Below, one piece after another: positions 58,019-64,000 of a stretch of DNA of 64,000 nucleotides (positions within the stretch are counted from its first letter, which is position 1; every line of letters begins with the position of its first letter). The position numbers and the translations under genes were made by a program. This DNA is from Chrysomallon squamiferum (Eukaryota > Animalia > Mollusca): the NCBI GenBank assembly GCA_012295275.1, contig CM022665.1:496001-560000 (forward strand). Direction: 5' to 3'. The notes below the pieces were generated by a model. That model had not been told where the DNA came from. It saw nothing but the letters and a program-made list of their open reading frames with translations, and ran no database searches.

Positions 58019-58062
<44 letters not shown>

Positions 58063-59636
58063 AAAATTATTTTTTTTTTATTTATTTATTTATTTATTTT
58101 TAAAATGTATTTATTTATTTTTTTATTTGGTTACTTATTTACTTAATTATATATTTATTTATACCTGTAATTTGTTTTCACAACAGCTTATGTTATACAA
58201 AAACAAATCTATTGCATGCGTCTTTGTATCATATAAAAGTAATTGTATGAATAATTCGAAAGAGAGAGCGTCATTAGTTAAAATTTATCTTATAAACATT
58301 ATCACTGCTCATCTGGTTTTCAATACTGAACTAAACCGCTAATTTCTTTTACACTGTTTTATATGTTTTACAATATTAATGAGCACCAAAATTTAAACTT
58401 TAAAATGTTTTATAATTAATTAATAATAATTTAAAAAAAAAAAAATGTACAGACCCCTGCCAAAACAAACAAACCAAAAAATATAAATAATAAAAACAAC
58501 AACATAAAACAAACAAAAAATTTAACAGCAACTGAATAAAAAATGGAAACTCCAAGTCCCTGCATATCAATAAGTTTAAAAGGACAAAATATTTAGACGT
58601 GAGATATAAAGAGAATAAAAAACTGAGTCATCACAAAGACCATTTCCTAACAGTGAGGACAGAGCTGATCATTTGTAAACCAACACTTCAAGTGTCTGCA
58701 GCACAAGCTTCATAACTCATTAGAGCAATTTCGTTTTGTCTGCTACAGACATTCATTTTTTAGTCGGGTTATATCCTATTTGTATCACTTTCATTTTGAT
58801 TCCGCTGGTGCAGAATGCAGGCGTTGTTAACACAAGGCAAAGGGACAAAAAAAAAAAAAAAATCTCCTTATGTTATTTATGCATCTCAGGCAGTGAAAGG
58901 AAAGCGGTCGGCTTTTGTTGCCACGAGTTTCTTGTCCTCTGTGATCAGTTTGGAAGTCATTTTCACTGCTGTATGAACGTCTTCTCATCCGACATATGGG
59001 AGATGGAATACTATCCCAAAGGCAAACTGGTGCATGTACCCACCCTTTTGTCTGGAGATGATGTGTCCTTTCCTGACCTCTGTTCACCCAGTGTTGATGA
59101 AGTCCGACAGCACCGCTCAGTCGCGCAGATCCTTGTTTGACTGTTTAAGAGCTACGTAAGTAACCACCTCCGCCTTCGAGTGGATGACTAAAACCTTCAT
59201 TAAGTGGGTTCTGTTGGCCACGCCGTTTCTAGTTCTTTTAATGTAAATAAAGCTGTTTTGTTTGAAACTTCAAGATGTGCAAGGCACCCCGTCTCACTTC
59301 TTTAAACATTTTTAATCTCTAACTGTACAGTCTCATTAATTTGCTGCGTCAGATGGGATATTCATGTATGAACTTTGAGTTATTTTAACGTTTGAACAGT
59401 CCACATAAAATAGTCTATAGTGGAGCAATTGTTGTACATGCTTTTGGTGATGGTATAATTATTGCTGATGTTGTAGCACTCTGTTCTAGCAGAAACAGTA
59501 GTAGCAGCAGCAACAGCAGCAGCAACAGCAGCAGTGGTGGTGGTAGTAGTAACAGCAGTAGTAGTAGCAGTAGTAATAGAAGTAGTAATAGTAGTAGTTG
59601 CAAAATAAAAATAAGAGTGGTGATATTTATATATGT

Positions 59637-59683
<47 letters not shown>

Positions 59684-60067
59684 TGTTTTAATTTTTTATT
59701 GATACCTTGACACGAATGACAATAACGAGTTTTAGTATCAACGCAAACAGTCTTTATTTATTTATTTTAATGTTAAACAGAGATAAACATGTTTCACCCC
59801 AAATAAACATTGCTTGTGTACATAATTTATTGACAAGTTTATCAAGCCTGGTTGTCAGAAGGTGAGTACATTTATGCTAATCACAACGTGGTATTGACTT
59901 CCGACAGTCTGTTGTTAGTAAAACACGGTATTTGTGTATTCTAAGCTGGTTACATGATTAGTTTCAAAGTTATATCAGTCTCAGACAGGATCCATTGGGT
60001 GACACAATAACAGGTGAACACACTATCACGCGGCAAAACATACATGCCTGCACACAGAGAGAGGGAG

Positions 60068-60185
<118 letters not shown>

Positions 60186-60408
60186 TTATTTCTAATATGA
60201 TAAAACACACAATATAGAAAGTTAGTTTTTAAAATGTTAATAAAACTGATTTACTACATTTTATGTTTCGTTAATATTATTTTCAGATTGAAATACCAAG
60301 TTATGAAATATTTCATCGGAAAACAACGCTTTACTTAAACGTGCGAAATATATTCCACTATTGGACGAAACCTCATTGGAAATAAATTTCATTCCACTAC
60401 GGGATATA

Positions 60409-60462
<54 letters not shown>

Positions 60463-62632
60463 ATGATTTAAAATTTTCTAGTAATTAGACTGCTTTGTAG
60501 ACTTAGTGTAATACGAGGATATTACAAACGACGTGACCTGTATAATTAGGTTACTTTTTGATTCCTGTCACATGAAAAAGACGTTTGTAGATTGATCATT
60601 TAATAAATCACCTTGTATATAGAAGATAAACAGCATAAATTATGATTAAAGCTGTTCCTTTTATTTAAATATTTCTTCTATATTTGAAATAACATATATT
60701 AATTTTACACATGATTATATAAATGAATAGCGTCGTTAACAAAGATGATTATGAGGAAATACAATACATTAATTTCGTGAGTATCTTAGAATTAATAAAA
60801 GAGCCAGAACAACCCAGTAAAATGATTATATTTCAGTCTCTTATTTCTCCATAAATAAATATTTTATATGATAAGATGCAGTGAAAATTAGAACATTATT
60901 ACAGATCAGATTCAGTAATAATAATAAAAGTTGGCTAATATCACAAATATCAGCCACAAATTATTATGAGCAAAAACGACAACTACGAAGATTGAATGAA
61001 AAACAACAGCGACGTCAGTGTTGGCAACAACAACAGAAACAACTACAGCGACGACAACAGTAACAAGAAGAACAACAATGATGATGATAATGATGATGTT
61101 TTAAGATAGTTTTAATGATAATAAGATCATTTATCAGGAACATAAAATCCATTGATCACATACACAGGTGTACATACATATTTTCATTTATTTAATCATT
61201 CTTTCATATAGACAAGATTATCTTTTGTTCTTGTCCCTTCAGATAAACGAAACTATTCATACCTATATATACACAGAGATATACTCCAGTATTATATTAC
61301 AGAATACATTACGTAGATAATCACACACACAGGCTATTCTCACGTTATGCATTGTCGTGATTGTTTACAGTTGTCACGCGCTGCTTGTACAATTGTGTAA
61401 ATTCAATTTAAAACTGTAATCGCTGAACCAGATGAAAATATTTGTTCTGTCGTTTTTCAAAAATAAATAAATAAAAAAAGTCTTTAACTTTATGAAATAT
61501 AATAGCATAAATAAATAGTAGCGCATAAAACTAATCAAATGAGAGAGAAACAAAGAAGGTTATATTAACTTCTGTATTCATTTGCATTTTTTCATATACA
61601 CATACATAAACACACACATACGCATACACATACATACATACGTACGTACGTACATCTATACATATATACATACATACACATACACATACATGCACACATA
61701 TGCACACATACACACATACATTCATACACTCATACATACATACATACATACATACATACATACACACATATATAAACACATACATACAAACATACATACG
61801 TCCATACACACATAAAGACGAGGTGACGAACATCAAACTATATTCTTTCTAAAGTAAAAATTCTAAAAGTGCCACCCTTTATTAGGCCATAATAAGGCGA
61901 TAAAAATGTCTTTTTTAATGTTGCGGCAATTGAAGAAGATAAACATGGACTCTGTGGGTAATGAGGAGTCACGAGGAGGCAGAATGTTTGGCAACATTAT
62001 GAAAAGGACGCAGAATAAAAGATTCTTTTGACGCGCCTCCCAAGGCAGCCACTTATTTGAAAATTGGCATTGGACTCGTTGGCCACCAGTCAACACGGCA
62101 ATTAAAATATGCTGGTTATTGCAGCCCTGATGGTTTTAATCTTATTTTCCTGGTTTGTTGAGCATGCTCGAGTGGGAGTTGTACTCATCTGCCCAGCGAC
62201 TCGCGCCCGCGACGGATGAGGTCACCAGAACAGCTTTCTCCATCGCTTCCAGCGTGTGTCAATACGAGACAGTCGCTCTCCAACATCTACTGTGAAACAA
62301 AAGAAAAAACAGTGTAAATAAACAAATAAACACCCCAGAAATACCCCCCCCAAAAAAAATTCACACACACACATACACACACAAAAAAAAAAAAAAAAAA
62401 TCAAAACAAAATCAAACAAGAACCAAAAATTAATGAAAATAACGATAAAACACTTAATAAAAGGACAGAAATATATTTCTCAGACATAACGTAAACAGTG
62501 TCAACATCATCAACAGTAGGGAAAGAAGAAGAACAAGAAACAGACGCATATATTTTACAGTCAAAAGTATTTTTTATCAACATCATCATCAGCATCATCA
62601 GCATCATCAGCATCATCATCATCATTATTATC

Positions 62633-62668
<36 letters not shown>

Positions 62669-62741
62669 GATATAAGATGTTTTATTTTGCCAGGATAAAA
62701 GCAGAATTACATTTCATAGTTTATATAAATATATAAACACA

Positions 62742-62822
<81 letters not shown>

Positions 62823-63650
62823 AATGTGGAAACAGAAAACTAATAAAGATAACGATATGAAATATTTTAAAAGAGATCTGGGTTTTCAAAAACAGTTCTT
62901 TTCATTTAAATTATATCTTTATTTATTTTGTTATTTATTTTTATTTTTATTTTAATTTAAATTTTATATAATAAATTTAAGTAAAAAGACTGAAATATTA
63001 ATTTTTTCTAACAGTTACAATTTGTAGCCTTTCAAATAAAATTATATTAAGTTAAATTTGTTTTCTGCGGGTAAACTGCATTCATAACAAAATTTTAATG
63101 TTTAACATTTATATCATATTAATAAAAATATATGCAATTATTAGTTCGATACAGAGAAAATTAAAATTAAATAAACAGACTGTTTCTCTGTCATAAGTTA
63201 TAATCTTTATGAACCGAAGAGCGAAAAGAGGGAGTCTAAATACAAACATTACGTTGTTTGTTTCAAAGAGAATATATCTGAAATTAAACAGATCTGTGGA
63301 AAAATGATATGAAGAATTCTCTTCTTATACGCCGATGTCCGTTATGGAATATTCAAATAGGAATCGCCTTCCTCTCTGACGAAACAGTTGATGATCTTCC
63401 TCGAATCGAATGAGCTGCTAGCCGGCTTGTGTTTCTGTCTCGCAGTCCGCAGCAATCAGCTTGTGTCATTACAAGCACTTTGATTATGATTGAACAGAAA
63501 TTCGCGTGCTATGTAAAACAGCCCCAAACAACGCAACAGCAATGACACACCTTCTGCTAATATTTAATCTACTCAGAACTAAGCTAGATGTCGTCCTTTT
63601 AATAAACCATAATAACACACGAAAACTGCAGTAATAACAATGATAATAAC

Positions 63651-63715
<65 letters not shown>

Positions 63716-64000
63716 TAATAATAATAATAATGCTAATAATAATAATGACGACGACGACAACAACGGCAACACCAAATCAGATATTCTGTTCGTTTGCTTT
63801 ATGAAATTTATGAAACTGGTGAGAAAAGAAAAGGAATGAAGAAAAAAGATGTTGTTTGTTACTGGTTGGTATGAAAAGTATTTTGAAAACACAATGATTT
63901 TTTTTGATGAGAATTAATACACACGTATATACTTACATACATACATACATGCATACATACATACATACATACATACATACATACATACATACATACATAC

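Overview
AT-rich, microsatellite-dense animal (not prokaryotic) genomic DNA, most likely a lophotrochozoan and probably a mollusc; this taxonomic guess is inferred from protein style and repeat content. The only convincing protein-coding gene in 64 kb is an intronless class III POU homeobox gene (Pou3/vvl/Brn-1/2 orthologue, 47880-49169, + strand). It has a CCAAT/GC-box promoter and an AU-rich 3' UTR, and it sits in a gene desert. The remainder consists of short, complex, GC-richer islands rich in transcription-factor motifs, alternating roughly every 1 kb with low-complexity spacers. Other elements are a 338-bp pogo/Tigger-like MITE with perfect TIRs inside an old satellite, a 22-copy 23-bp minisatellite, a second degenerate satellite and a two-copy dispersed repeat. 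I found no evidence for a novel multi-gene system. The best leads are regulatory: POU-octamer clusters (possible autoregulation), a Meis/Pbx-Hox/TCF composite element, an overlapping uORF and the quasi-periodic island architecture. Nearly all other listed ORFs are microsatellite artefacts or lack recognisable domains.
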